Shown here: piece after piece, positions 1 through 10,517 of the stretch
Position numbering within the stretch: position 1 is the first letter of the stretch
Layout of the letters: each line of letters opens with the position of its first letter
Source of the DNA: Nitrospinaceae bacterium
Lineage (GTDB): Bacteria > Nitrospinota > Nitrospinia > Nitrospinales > Nitrospinaceae
Reading direction: 5' to 3'
NCBI GenBank assembly: GCA_965237905.1
Contig: OZ250172.1
Location: 2,304,001 to 2,368,000, forward strand
DNA: 64,000 nucleotides
Made by a program: the position numbers and the translations under genes
The notes under the pieces: generated by a model
What the model was told of the DNA's origin: nothing
The model's database searches: none
The model's input: the letters and a program-made list of their open reading frames with translations, nothing else

Positions 1-669
1 CATCTGGCTCAATTTTTTCGGGTCCAGATTGGGCGCCAGCTCAATGAATGTTTTTTCCTTTATTTCTTCAGGTGTGAATCCCGTATCCACGCATGCCAGG
101 GAATTGGCTTTGATAAACTGAAACGTCTGTGGTTGAAAGACCAGAACCTCCCGGTAATATTCGTCCAGAGAAGGGATGACATTCTGTAAAGGGTCGTCTG
201 CATTGGATTTGGTTTTAGGATCAGTGGAGGCTGCTAGCCCAGTTGAAATTTTTCGGGAACGTGCTGACAGAGTTTTCATAATGGCCATAAGGGCCTGGGG
301 CTGTGTGGCAAAATATTCCTGAAACTGGGTTTCACTGATTTCTAACAGCACCGATGGAACAAGAGCCCGTGCCCCGGCCGTTCTCGGGCGGGACTCAATC
401 AGAGACATCTCACCAAAAAACGTTCCCGGCAACATATTGGTAAGGGACTTATCGCCCTGGTAGATCAATATTTCCCCTTCCAGAACGATGTACATCGCGC
501 TTCCCGGGTCCCCTTCATTGAATACGACCGTTTCGGATTTTAGGGAGACTTCCTTGCTTTCCTGAGCCAGCCGTTCCAGGGTAGATTCGTGGAAAAAGCT
601 AAGAACGTCGATGGTCTTCAGGATTTCCTTTTTTTTGTCGGAAGAAATAGATGACGTGGAATTAGGCAT
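1..669 (-). CDS. cyclic nucleotide-binding (cNMP) domain + PAS domain signalling protein, 3' end outside window
   Basis: Not in ORF track because there is no stop in the window. My translation from ATG 669: MPNSTSS...VVFNEGDPGSAMYIVLEGEI...FFGEMSLIESRPRTAGARA (cNMP motif), then PAS-like LDEYYREVLVFQPQTFQFIKANSLACVDTGFTPEEI. Confidence 0.85.
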   Translation of the reverse strand, partial: MPNSTSSISSDKKKEILKTIDVLSFFHESTLERLAQESKEVSLKSETVVFNEGDPGSAMYIVLEGEILIYQGDKSLTNMLPGTFFGEMSLIESRPRTAGARALVPSVLLEISETQFQEYFATQPQALMAIMKTLSARSRKISTGLAASTDPKTKSNADDPLQNVIPSLDEYYREVLVFQPQTFQFIKANSLACVDTGFTPEEIKEKTFIELAPNLDPKKLSQM

Positions 670-974
670 TTTGATATTAGGATTGAATGTGGCTGAAGTA
701 GGAATACACCACTAATTCATTCATTTTAGCAGATAAAATCCAATGCGCCAGTTGTTATACCCCTTGAGAGTATCAGGGATGAAAAATAGTATCCTTATAT
801 CAAAGAATGAACAGTCTCGTGGGTATCGACATTAATTTTTAAAATTTTGCCGGAAATAATTCTGGAGGGGTGTCGATGCGATTATTTGAAAGGGGCCTTT
901 TGGAGAGGTGAGCGGAAGGAGATATGAGCCCGATCCGGGCCGGGTAATATCTTCAAGAATATAACTAAAACAAA

Positions 975-1047
975 GGGTACCCGCCAGGGTCAATGGAAGC
1001 AACATTGGCAATGGCTTCTCTAGGGAGGTTCAACCCTGACGGGCCCC
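975..1047 (-). terminator. long GC-rich hairpin followed by a U-rich tract downstream of luxR (terminator or small RNA)
   Basis: On the minus strand GGGGCCCGTCAGGGTTGA pairs with TTGACCCTGGCGGGTACCC, followed by TTTGTTTT. Confidence 0.45.
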
Positions 1048-1189
1048 ATTTTAAAATAGTCCTAAAATAGAAAAGCTCACCCTATATAGGGACCCTTTAA
1101 GCCGGAAAATATTCCCGGAATTTTGTTTTATGGAAGTTTTGAAAAGGGGAGTCAGATAATTCGAAGAGAGGGTGCGGGTCCTGAAGGTC

Positions 1190-2173
1190 TCAGGCAAAAC
1201 CGCCATCATGGGCTTCATCTGCATGCTGGTTGAGATACGCAACCAATTGCGTGCGTGAATTGACTTGCAGTTTCTTATGAATTTTTTTCAGGTGGGTTTT
1301 AACCGTGTGAGCACTGATAAAAAGCCGTTCGGCAATTTCGTTTCGTCCCAAACCATCGTGGATCAAACAGCAGATTTCCATTTCGCGCCAGGTGAGGCCC
1401 GCCTTTTCAATCAACCGGTTGGACTTTGTGAACGGATCGGCGGCAGGATGGATGCGAAGAAGCCATAGGTCGGTATCGTTTAGGTCCCGGACCTCCAGAG
1501 GAATCAGGTTCAACTTGTAGGTTCCTTGGGGAAGGGTGAAAAAGGAAACTTCCCGGCCCCGCTCTTCTGCTTCTTCCTCCGGATCGGATGTATCCAGATT
1601 GGCTTGCTCCCTTTCAAGAACCTTAACCAGGTTCTGGGGAAGCTCTGTCCCGGAAGTCATATTAAAAATTTGGCGAAAGGCCTGATTCGCAGTAATCACT
1701 TTTTTAGTATCATTAATTACGGATACTATGGCAATTCCTGAAAGCGATTTTAACAGGCCCTGCACCATGGCCTGCGATTTAACCAACGTCTCTTCCAGTG
1801 ACACGGATTTAATTTTGTGGGCGAGAAACGAAAAGAGAGTCTGAGCCTCATTTTCATCTCTTAAATAAATTTGTTCGCTGACCTCGTTTTGGAGCAATAA
1901 GAGTTGAGCAAGGGGATCTTCTTTAAGATAGGACCGAATCACTTCCTGATCCTGAATACTTAATGTGGAGCACCCTATTAGGGGCGGAGGTTCGGTTTCG
2001 GATACCTGAATTACGAAATGGCGAAAATCGTCCTCGAAAGCGGGATAGATATGGTCTTTGATCGCTTTACGGAGTTCCTCCCGGTTTCTGCAATCCAGCA
2101 GAACTTTAAACGCTTCCTGTAAAGAAAAATTTCCAGATTGTGCCATAGGTGGAGGCGCGGCTTTTGTATTCAT
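1190..2173 (-). CDS. LuxR-family HTH transcriptional regulator with no receiver domain; possible PAS-like middle region
   Basis: C-terminal LTWREMEICCLIHDGLGRNEIAERLFISAHTVKTHLKKIHKKLQVNSRTQL. Confidence 0.9.
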   Translation of the reverse strand: MNTKAAPPPMAQSGNFSLQEAFKVLLDCRNREELRKAIKDHIYPAFEDDFRHFVIQVSETEPPPLIGCSTLSIQDQEVIRSYLKEDPLAQLLLLQNEVSEQIYLRDENEAQTLFSFLAHKIKSVSLEETLVKSQAMVQGLLKSLSGIAIVSVINDTKKVITANQAFRQIFNMTSGTELPQNLVKVLEREQANLDTSDPEEEAEERGREVSFFTLPQGTYKLNLIPLEVRDLNDTDLWLLRIHPAADPFTKSNRLIEKAGLTWREMEICCLIHDGLGRNEIAERLFISAHTVKTHLKKIHKKLQVNSRTQLVAYLNQHADEAHDGGFA

Positions 2174-2386
2174 AATCGCATTCAGGATTACAGGAAAATT
2201 TTATTAAGCCATTGGTTTCCATGATCATAATTTAATTTTGAGAAGATGTCAAAGCAAACCCCCTCCCCGTCCAGTTGAGGTTGACTGGCGGGGGAGGGAG
2301 TGGAGAAAAGCCCAATAGAAATTCAACTTCTCCGGGAATCCCCAATCGGAAGGAAGGATTTGCAAGAAAGTCAAACAAGGCATAAA

Positions 2387-2418
2387 AATACCCTTAATGG
2401 GGTATTGTATGGGGTCGA
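2387..2418. promoter_or_regulatory. palindromic NarL/LuxR-like operator AATACCCTTAATGGGGTATT plus an extra ATGGGGT half-site
   Basis: 7-2-7 inverted repeat in the divergent intergenic region next to luxR. Confidence 0.45.
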
Positions 2419-2579
2419 TTTCATCGATAGTCTTACATCTACTCTAAGATTGAAAAAGATCACTGTAAATTAAAACCTCCTTTTAAAAGTCTTTTAAATT
2501 GGGGATTTAGAATCAATCCATGGAAAGGGCCTGAATGGGAATGGCGCTTGGTGCCATTATTCGGAGCGTTTTACGGTTT

Positions 2580-2849
2580 ATGAAGAAAAAGCTCAATTTC
2601 TGGACCATTAATTTTTTCCTGACGGCGGTAGCCTCATTCCTGTTCAACGGCGGAGTATTTGCCGAGCATACGGGGGCCATCCCCCTGAGTAAAGGGGGAA
2701 TGGGTACCATCAAGCTTTCGGGTAAAAACCCCTCCACCCATGTTAGGGGCAGGAGTTCGATTGCCTCACATCCGTTCCGCGAACATTTGGGGCAGGGTAA
2801 TAATCGGATCAGGATCCAGCAGAAAGGGGAGAGATGGTCAAACAATTAA
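2580..2849 (+). CDS. small hypothetical exported protein
   Basis: MKKKLNFWTINFFLTAVASFLFNGGVFA resembles a signal peptide; ORF track start is 2535. Confidence 0.35.
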   Translation: MKKKLNFWTINFFLTAVASFLFNGGVFAEHTGAIPLSKGGMGTIKLSGKNPSTHVRGRSSIASHPFREHLGQGNNRIRIQQKGERWSNN

Positions 2850-3067
2850 GAAGAAAGATCACCCGTCCGGGTCTGATGTTCCTGATTCTCTGGTGGGTTC
2901 TTTTAACGTAAAGCCTGAGTGTTGCAGAAGCCATCGCATTCCATGGGTGGATGCATCTTCCTATCAGAGACTAAAATTCACGTCGCCGGAAACTTTCTTT
3001 ATCCTTGCTCCCCTAAGGACTCCGCAGAAGAAAGTTTACGAGCCCGGCGGCGTGTTACAATCTTTCA

Positions 3068-3463
3068 ATGGTCCCATTGAAATTTAGACGCCTTTGGACT
3101 GCCATCGGGTACGGCCTGGTTGTTTTGGTGGTGGTGCTATCACTTTACCCTTCATCACTTTCACCGGTAGACTTTCTCTGGGCGGACAAGGTTTATCACG
3201 CTTTGGCCTACGGAGTTCTGATGCTCTGGTTTGCCCAGCTTCATCCAAAATCCCGGTATGGATGGTTGGCAGGCGGCTTTATTGCGTTGGGGATTCTTAT
3301 GGAGGTTTTGCAATCCCAGTCGGCTACCCGGAGCGGGGAGGTATGGGATGTCGCCGCCAATAGTCTCGGAACGGTTTTGAGTTGGCGGCTGGCGCTCATG
3401 GGGATGAGCACCTTGTTTCATCAATTTGAGGCTTGGTGTCTGACACCCGGCAATGAAAATTAA
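3068..3463 (+). CDS. VanZ-family membrane protein
   Basis: DKVYHALAYGVL, GILMEVLQ, RSGEVWDVAANSLG motifs. Confidence 0.85.
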   Translation: MVPLKFRRLWTAIGYGLVVLVVVLSLYPSSLSPVDFLWADKVYHALAYGVLMLWFAQLHPKSRYGWLAGGFIALGILMEVLQSQSATRSGEVWDVAANSLGTVLSWRLALMGMSTLFHQFEAWCLTPGNEN

Positions 3464-3481
3464 TGTTCGTGGCTAACTCAG

Positions 3482-4546
3482 CTAGGTTGACCGCTTCAAT
3501 ACATCCTTACGGTTCAGTCCTGCCAGCTTCAGGTCGTGCTCGATCATCATTTCCACCAGTTCTTTGAAGGATGTTTTGGGAGCCCAGCCCAGTTGGGTCT
3601 TCGCCTTGGTGGGGTCTCCCAGCAACGTTTCCACCTCTGACGGCCGGAAATATTTGGGGTTCACTTCCACCAGAACCTTACCGGTGGCTTTGTCGACTCC
3701 CTTTTCATTCACCCCCGAACCCTGCCAGTCCAACTCAATTCCGCAAAAACCGAAAGCAAGGTTAACGAATTCGCGGACCGTGTGTTGCTCTCCTGTAGCC
3801 AGCACATAATCTTCAGGCTTGTCTTGTTGAAGCATCATCCACATGCCTTCGACGTAATCCTTGGCATAGCCCCAGTCGCGTTTGGCATCCATATTGCCCA
3901 AAGACAAATTTTCCGCTTTTCCCTGAAGGATTTGCGCCAGGGTCATGGTGATTTTGCGAGTCACAAAATTTTCTCCACGGCGCGGGGATTCGTGGTTGAA
4001 CAGGATACCGCTACACGCGAACAGGTCATACGCCTCCCGATAATTGATAGTGATCCAATGGGCGTACAGTTTGGCGACGCCGTAAGGACTGCGCGGATAA
4101 AACGGAGTCGTCTCCTTTTGCGGGGTTTCTACCACCTGACCGTACAATTCGCTGGTGGAGGCCTGGTAAAAACGTGTTTTATTTTTGAGCCCCATATTGT
4201 TGATCGCATCCAGAACGCGGAGAGTTCCCATCGCATCCACTTGCGCAGTGTAATCGGGTGTGGCAAAACTGACTGCGACATGACTTTGCGCCGCCAGATT
4301 GTACACTTCGTCGGGTTGAATCGTGGCGATCAATTTATTGAGACTGGAGGAATCGGTCATGTCTCCGTAGTGCAGTTGAAATTGGCCGGATGTTTTAGTT
4401 TCCTGGCGAATGTCCTCGATCCTCCCCCGATTGAAAAAAGACGAGCGGCGTACCAGTCCATGCACCTCGTAACCCTTCTCAAGAAGTAATTCAGAGAGGT
4501 AGGAACCGTCCTGCCCTGTGACCCCGGTAATAAAAGCCTTCTTCAT
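3482..4546 (-). CDS. gmd: GDP-mannose 4,6-dehydratase
   Basis: [45 protein letters not shown]. Confidence 0.97.
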   Translation of the reverse strand: MKKAFITGVTGQDGSYLSELLLEKGYEVHGLVRRSSFFNRGRIEDIRQETKTSGQFQLHYGDMTDSSSLNKLIATIQPDEVYNLAAQSHVAVSFATPDYTAQVDAMGTLRVLDAINNMGLKNKTRFYQASTSELYGQVVETPQKETTPFYPRSPYGVAKLYAHWITINYREAYDLFACSGILFNHESPRRGENFVTRKITMTLAQILQGKAENLSLGNMDAKRDWGYAKDYVEGMWMMLQQDKPEDYVLATGEQHTVREFVNLAFGFCGIELDWQGSGVNEKGVDKATGKVLVEVNPKYFRPSEVETLLGDPTKAKTQLGWAPKTSFKELVEMMIEHDLKLAGLNRKDVLKRST

Positions 4547-4612
4547 AAACGCATTTCCCTATAGGATTTTTAAGAGTTCGTTCACAAACAGCGAAATCAG
4601 TATGTTTACCTA

Positions 4613-5593
4613 TTATTGCAACAACGATTGAAAATATTCAAGGTCCGACTGAACCATTTTCCGCACCATATCCTCGAATGAAACTTTCGGCTCCCATTGC
4701 AATTGGGAACGAATCCTGCCCGCATCGCCGACCAGCGGGACATCCTCTTTCGGACGGTAAAATTCCGGATCGATCACCAGATATTCCTCGTAATCCAAAT
4801 CCAGTTCCTCGAAAGTCTGTTCCAGAAAATCTTGGATGGTGTGCGTCGTTCCGGTAGCGATGACATAATGATCCGGTTGGTCGGCGTTCAACATGGCATG
4901 CATGGCGGTCACAGTGTCTCCGGCGTAACCCCAGTCCCGTTCGGATTCGATATTGCCCAGCCGCAGTTCGGTTTCCATGCCCAGTTTGATTTTCGCCGCA
5001 GTCGAAGTGATTTTACGGGTGACAAACCGGGTGCCCCGGCGGGGCGACTCGTGGTTGTATAAAACCCCGGTACAGGCGAACAGGCCCAGGTGATCCCGGT
5101 AATAACGGATCAGGTCATGTCCGATCACCTTGGATACCCCATAAATCGACCGGGGGTTGAACGGAGTATTTTCATCTTGGGGTGCTTCCGAGGCCGCCCC
5201 GAACATTTCGGACGACCCTGCGAAAAAGAAACGGCAATCCGGTACAAGGTTCTTTAAACCCAACAGCAGGTGATGGGTGCTTTGAGTGTTGGCTTTCAAA
5301 ATAGCCGATTCATCCTCCAGTGAATTAAACACGAACGTCTCGGCCGCGAGGTGGTAGCATTCATCGGGTTGAACCGTTTGGATGATGGCTTCCAGATTGC
5401 TGTAATCCTCCAGATTGCCTGCATGCAGGAACAATTTATCCCGAATCGATTGGATTCGCCAAAAGGAACGGTCCTCTTCGGTGCCGGCGTTCGGGCGTAT
5501 CAGACCGTGAACCTCATATCCCTGGGCGAGAAGATATTCGGCAAGATAGCTTCCATCTTGTCCTGTGATTCCTGTGATCAACGCTTTTTTCAT
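4613..5593 (-). CDS. gmd: second GDP-mannose 4,6-dehydratase-family protein
   Basis: [34 protein letters not shown]; shorter and more diverged paralog. Confidence 0.85.
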   Translation of the reverse strand: MKKALITGITGQDGSYLAEYLLAQGYEVHGLIRPNAGTEEDRSFWRIQSIRDKLFLHAGNLEDYSNLEAIIQTVQPDECYHLAAETFVFNSLEDESAILKANTQSTHHLLLGLKNLVPDCRFFFAGSSEMFGAASEAPQDENTPFNPRSIYGVSKVIGHDLIRYYRDHLGLFACTGVLYNHESPRRGTRFVTRKITSTAAKIKLGMETELRLGNIESERDWGYAGDTVTAMHAMLNADQPDHYVIATGTTHTIQDFLEQTFEELDLDYEEYLVIDPEFYRPKEDVPLVGDAGRIRSQLQWEPKVSFEDMVRKMVQSDLEYFQSLLQ

Positions 5594-5632
5594 ATCGGTC
5601 AGGAGGATGGTGAGAGGTGGTTTTCCCGGGAG

Positions 5633-7291
5633 TCAAGCTCCAGGTTGTTTATCCTCTATCCGTTTGCAAATGAATAGTTGAATATCGCCAAAACTGAACG
5701 GAATCATAATATTCTTGAGGCGCGTATCACCGATCTTTTCTCCCAGAAACTTGGCTCCGAAAACGCCCAGTGCATCCAGTTTGACGAAGAAGTATTCCAG
5801 AGTAATGATGTGAGTGTATTTTTGAACGTGCACAAGTTCCAGGCCGGCCTTGTTCAATAATTGTTTCATGGAATCCAGCGTAAAATAGAACAGGTGCATA
5901 TCCATATACCAGGGCCATCTTTCTTGCATGATTTTCGGATACCAGTTGTCGATGGAAAGGGTGGAAAATGCGAAGAATCCGCCCGGTTTCAAACGGGAAT
6001 GGATCAGCTTCATCTCCTCAATGGGATGCGGCAGGTGTTCCATGACATCCCACATGGTAACGACGTCGAAGGGTCCTTCCTCCATCGGCAGGTCGTTGAG
6101 GGTGCCCTGAAATACGCGCTCCCCCATCACTTCTTCTGAATAGTGCGCCGCCCACTTGGAAGGCTCGACCCCGAGGGTTTCAAATCCGTTTTCATGCGCA
6201 ACTTTAAGAGAGACACCGCAATAAGACCCGACATCAAGCAACTTTCCGGAAGCGGGAATATAGGGTTTGATTTTTTCAAAATTATACCGAAATGTTTTGA
6301 AGCGCGAGTCAATGTTTTTTAAATAACCCTGGTCTTCCACATCCGAGTAAAAACTGAGAAGTTTTTCTGCATCATGCCGGGTTTCGTTGAACACCAGGCC
6401 GCAATGCAGGCATTTCAGAATCCTTCCATGGGTTCGATGGCCGCTACTGGTGCACTGGTAAACGGAGGCATCTTCATTTTCCGCATACTTTGCCGGAAAC
6501 ATCTCCATATGAAATATGGATCTGCAATTTTCGCAGGGCTGAGGCTTTGTGTTTTTTTTATCCGGTTGATAAACGGTAAACGGGATGACAAACAATCTCC
6601 GGTAAAACAGTCGGCCGATATTGTAGATCGCCTTGAAGATTTCGCGTTTGGAGATTTTGGACGTCCCGGCACGGCGGTCCTCAAAATGAATGGGGAATTC
6701 GGCCAATTTACGCGTGGCCAGCCGAACGATGAAAATGGATTCCATGAAGAATGAATATCCGTCCGACCAAATAGAGTCCAAATCCATCTGTTTGAGCAGG
6801 TCAAGAGAAAAACCGCGGTAGGAAGTTGTGGCTTCGTGGGTTGGGACACCCAGCAGATACCGCGCCAGGGTATTGGCGGTTTTGCTTATCAGGGTGCGGG
6901 CGAATCCGTAGTCGCACCGGCCGCCCTTGGCGTAGCGCGATCCGATGACAAAATCATTATCCTCCAAAAGTTGTTTTATGATCGGAAGGTATTTGGGGTT
7001 ATGGGAAAAGTCGGCGTCCATGGTGATGAGCTGATCGTACTTATGGTGGATGGCATATTTCATCGCCAACAGATGGGCCGTCCCCAAGCCCAACTTGGAA
7101 GGGCGGTGGATCACATGGATGGCCGGGTTGGCAGTCGAGAGCCGGTCTAAAAGGGCACCCGTTCCGTCCGGAGAGTTGTCGTCGACTACGAGAATTTCCG
7201 CATCCGGCAGATGTTGGAAAATTTCGTTGAGAATACTTTCGACGTTGTCCGATTCGTTGTAGGTAGCGGTAAAAACCAAAGTTTTTGGCAT
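5633..7291 (-). CDS. polyprenol-phosphate glycosyltransferase (GT2, DPM1-like) fused to a class I SAM methyltransferase
   Basis: ATYNE, VVDDNSPDGT, MDADFSH, GSRY; CENC/CLHC Zn-ribbon; LLDVGSYCG and WDVMEHLPHP. Likely start MPKTLV at 7291 (ORF track 7357). Confidence 0.88.
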   Translation of the reverse strand: MPKTLVFTATYNESDNVESILNEIFQHLPDAEILVVDDNSPDGTGALLDRLSTANPAIHVIHRPSKLGLGTAHLLAMKYAIHHKYDQLITMDADFSHNPKYLPIIKQLLEDNDFVIGSRYAKGGRCDYGFARTLISKTANTLARYLLGVPTHEATTSYRGFSLDLLKQMDLDSIWSDGYSFFMESIFIVRLATRKLAEFPIHFEDRRAGTSKISKREIFKAIYNIGRLFYRRLFVIPFTVYQPDKKNTKPQPCENCRSIFHMEMFPAKYAENEDASVYQCTSSGHRTHGRILKCLHCGLVFNETRHDAEKLLSFYSDVEDQGYLKNIDSRFKTFRYNFEKIKPYIPASGKLLDVGSYCGVSLKVAHENGFETLGVEPSKWAAHYSEEVMGERVFQGTLNDLPMEEGPFDVVTMWDVMEHLPHPIEEMKLIHSRLKPGGFFAFSTLSIDNWYPKIMQERWPWYMDMHLFYFTLDSMKQLLNKAGLELVHVQKYTHIITLEYFFVKLDALGVFGAKFLGEKIGDTRLKNIMIPFSFGDIQLFICKRIEDKQPGA

Positions 7292-7466
7292 GGAATCACG
7301 ACTGTCTGGAGACAGGAAACAGTTTAAATGGATGTCTGGGAGCAGGCTGATCCTCAAATTACCTGAGATGCCTATCTTTTTATTATAGGGGCAACTTTTA
7401 AGGAAAGCAGTTTTTATTTTCTGCTTGTTGGGAGTGCCGTTTAAGAATTTAGAAAAAGTCCGGGAG

Positions 7467-8372
7467 TCATCGGCGCAGACAATATTTGAGCGTTACATCC
7501 CAGGCAGGAGGAGCGATGCCGAATGCCGACTTCAACTTTTCTGTGGAAAGGGTAGAGTTTTGGGGGCGTTTTGCGGGAGTGGGATACTCAGACGTAGGAA
7601 TGGGGATCAGTTTTGTATCTTGCGATGATGAAGACGCCTCCAGAATCGCCTGAGCGAACCCGAACCAGCTGGTTTGTCCGCCACACACCAGGTTGTACAG
7701 ACCGGAAGCCTGTTCAAAATGGGACAGATCTCCCGGCGAACTCTGCGGCAGGATTTGCGTCAGGACGTTAGTGGTCGCTTGGGCAATGGTCCGGCACCAG
7801 GTGGGAGATCCGATTTGGTCATCGACAATTTTCAGTTCATCCCGCTCTTTCGCTAATCGTTGTATGGTGAGAAGAAAATTGTTCCCCTTCAGTCCGTACA
7901 CCCAGGCAGTCCGGAAAATGAGGTGCGGCAGGCCCGTGGATTGAATGGCTTCGTCACCGGCCAGCTTGGTTTGTCCGTAAACGCCCAGCGGGTTCGGCGA
8001 ATCCTCTTCTGTATAGGGCTCTTGCTTTTCTCCGTCGAATACATAATCGGTGGAATAATGAACCAACGCCGCGCCCAATTTTTTGGCTTCTTCAGCGAGG
8101 ATGGCCGGAGCGGTTCCGTTGACGGCCAGGGCGAGATCCGGCTTCTCCTCGGCTTTGTCCACTGCTGTATAAGCGGCGGCATTGACAATGACATGCGGCT
8201 GAACGTCGCGCAGTTTTTCACGAATGCGGTCCACTTGAGTCAAATCCAAATCCTCTTCTCCGAAGATGATGAGCTCTCCAAGAGGTTGCAGGAGAGAAGA
8301 CAGTTCTCCGCCGACCTGACCCTCTTTGCCGATCAAAAGAATTTTCCATGTGTTTGCAGAAGATGGGGTCAT
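7467..8372 (-). CDS. rfbD: dTDP-4-dehydrorhamnose reductase
   Basis: GKEGQVG, NAAAYTAVDKAE, STDYVFDG, YGQTKLAG, DQIGSPT. Confidence 0.95.
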   Translation of the reverse strand: MTPSSANTWKILLIGKEGQVGGELSSLLQPLGELIIFGEEDLDLTQVDRIREKLRDVQPHVIVNAAAYTAVDKAEEKPDLALAVNGTAPAILAEEAKKLGAALVHYSTDYVFDGEKQEPYTEEDSPNPLGVYGQTKLAGDEAIQSTGLPHLIFRTAWVYGLKGNNFLLTIQRLAKERDELKIVDDQIGSPTWCRTIAQATTNVLTQILPQSSPGDLSHFEQASGLYNLVCGGQTSWFGFAQAILEASSSSQDTKLIPIPTSEYPTPAKRPQNSTLSTEKLKSAFGIAPPAWDVTLKYCLRR

Positions 8373-8396
8373 TGCTGTAAAGAGGAAACGAGTGTG

Positions 8397-9284
8397 TTAA
8401 TGGAAAGGACGGTCCTGTTTGAGCAGTTCCAGCAGGTATTGGCCGTAGCCATTTTTTTTGAGAGGAGCGGCCAGCTTCTCCAGCTGGACAGCATCGATGA
8501 GTCCCCTGTTGAAAGCGATTTCCTCCGGACAGGAAATCTTGAGGCCTTGCCGTCTTTCAATGGTCTCGATAAAATTGGTAGCCTCCGTTAATGCATAATG
8601 TGAGCCGGTATCGAGCCAGGCGAAGCCGCGTCCCAAGATCTCAACGGTGAGGTTTTCCTGCTCCAGATATTTTTTATTGACGTCAGTGATTTCCAGCTCG
8701 CCCCGCGCCGAAGGTTTAAGATTGCAGGCAATGTCCACCACATGGTTGTCGTAAAAATAGAGACCGGTCACCGCGTAATGTGATTTGGGTTTCTCCGGTT
8801 TTTCCTCCAGACGGGTCGCTTTACCCTGGGCATCGAATTCCACCACGCCGTATTCCTCCGGATTTTTGACCCAGTAACCGAACACCGTTGCGCCGTTGTT
8901 CCGTTCACGGGCTTTTTTGACGAGATCGGCCAACCCATGCCCATAAAAAACGTTATCGCCCAGGATGAGGCAGCATCCATCGTTCCCGATAAAATCTTTT
9001 CCGATAATAAATGCCTGGGCCAACCCTTCCGGTTTGGGTTGGGGAGCGTAACGGATGTTGATACCCCACTGGCTCCCGTCCTGGAGCAGTTCCTGAAACA
9101 TAGATTGATCGTGCGGAGTGGTGATGATCAGAATATCGGTGATGCCCGACAGCATCAAGGTGGACAGGGGGTAATAGATCATCGGTTTGTCGTAAAGCGG
9201 GAGCAATTGCTTGCTGACCACCGTAGTCAGCGGGTACAGCCGGGTGCCCGATCCACCCGCCAGTATAATACCTTTAGTGATCAT
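8397..9284 (-). CDS. rfbA: glucose-1-phosphate thymidylyltransferase
   Basis: [40 protein letters not shown]. Confidence 0.97.
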   Translation of the reverse strand: MITKGIILAGGSGTRLYPLTTVVSKQLLPLYDKPMIYYPLSTLMLSGITDILIITTPHDQSMFQELLQDGSQWGINIRYAPQPKPEGLAQAFIIGKDFIGNDGCCLILGDNVFYGHGLADLVKKARERNNGATVFGYWVKNPEEYGVVEFDAQGKATRLEEKPEKPKSHYAVTGLYFYDNHVVDIACNLKPSARGELEITDVNKKYLEQENLTVEILGRGFAWLDTGSHYALTEATNFIETIERRQGLKISCPEEIAFNRGLIDAVQLEKLAAPLKKNGYGQYLLELLKQDRPFH

Positions 9285-9296
9285 GGTTGGTTTGCC

Positions 9297-10361
9297 TCAC
9301 TCGTTGCCCAATCCCAGACGCTCACCCCGGTATTCCCCGGAACTGATGCGTTGCGACCATTCCCGGTGGTCGAGATACCACTGGATGGTTTTGCGAATTC
9401 CTGTTTCAAAGGTTTCCTCCGGTTGCCATCCCAATTCGCGTTGCAGTTTACTTGCGTCGATAGCATAACGGCGGTCATGCCCCGGACGATCTTTCACGAA
9501 ACTGATCAGCGCGGCATGCGGTTTGTGCGGAGAATCCGGAACCATTTCGTCGAGCAGGCCACAAATGATTTTCACCACATCCAGATTAGCCATTTCATTA
9601 TGCCCGCCGATGTTGTAGACCTCGCCCACCTGACCGGCTTCCAGAACTTTCAGGATAGCGCGGCAATGATCCTCCACATACAACCAGTCGCGCACTTGGA
9701 GTCCGTCTCCGTAAACCGGGAGCTTTTCGCCTGCCAGAGCCTTTTGAATAATCAGGGGAATCAGCTTTTCCGGAAATTGAAAGGGGCCGTAGTTGTTGGA
9801 GCAGTTCGTCGTTAACATCGGCAATCCATAAGTATGATGATACGCCCGTACCAGATGGTCCGCCCCCGCTTTCGAGGCCGAATAGGGAGAGTTGGGGGCG
9901 TATGAGGTCTCTTCCGTAAAGAAACCTTCCGCGCCGAGACTGCCGTACACTTCATCGGTGGAAACGTGGAGAAAGCGGAGTACTGCGCGGTCTTTCTCCG
10001 GAACCGAGGCATGGTAATTTCGAAACGCTTCCAGTAACTCAAATGTGCCAACCACGTTGGTCTGAATGAACTCGCCGGGGGAATCGATGGAACGATCGAC
10101 ATGAGACTCCGCCGCAAAATTAATGATTGCAGAAGGTTGATGTTGGCCAAGAAGGCTGTTCACCAGTTCCCGGTCCAGAATGGTTCCCTGCACAAAAATA
10201 TGATTGGGGTTGTCCATGACCGGGGCCAGGGTGTCCATATTCCCGGCATAGGTCAACGCGTCCAGATTGATGACCTTGACATCTCCCCGGTCCATGAGAC
10301 CCAGAACGAAATTTCCTCCGATAAAACCAGCGCCACCGGTTACTAAATAGACTTGAGTCAT
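9297..10361 (-). CDS. rfbB: dTDP-glucose 4,6-dehydratase
   Basis: [46 protein letters not shown]. Confidence 0.97.
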   Translation of the reverse strand: MTQVYLVTGGAGFIGGNFVLGLMDRGDVKVINLDALTYAGNMDTLAPVMDNPNHIFVQGTILDRELVNSLLGQHQPSAIINFAAESHVDRSIDSPGEFIQTNVVGTFELLEAFRNYHASVPEKDRAVLRFLHVSTDEVYGSLGAEGFFTEETSYAPNSPYSASKAGADHLVRAYHHTYGLPMLTTNCSNNYGPFQFPEKLIPLIIQKALAGEKLPVYGDGLQVRDWLYVEDHCRAILKVLEAGQVGEVYNIGGHNEMANLDVVKIICGLLDEMVPDSPHKPHAALISFVKDRPGHDRRYAIDASKLQRELGWQPEETFETGIRKTIQWYLDHREWSQRISSGEYRGERLGLGNE

Positions 10362-10517
10362 TGCGGGTCCGTTAAATTATGAGGATGGATTGACCTTTTA
10401 AGAGTTTGATAAAGCTATCGAAAAGTTGGGCAAACTCCAGTAAAGTATTTTAAACTAAATTACCGGCACTGTAAAAACTATATTAAAATTAAATAGTCAT
10501 TCCTTTTAACCTTGTTT

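Noticed and set aside
7467..10361. rfbC missing from the rfbBAD cluster
   Set aside because: rfbC is often encoded elsewhere; this cannot be judged from one window
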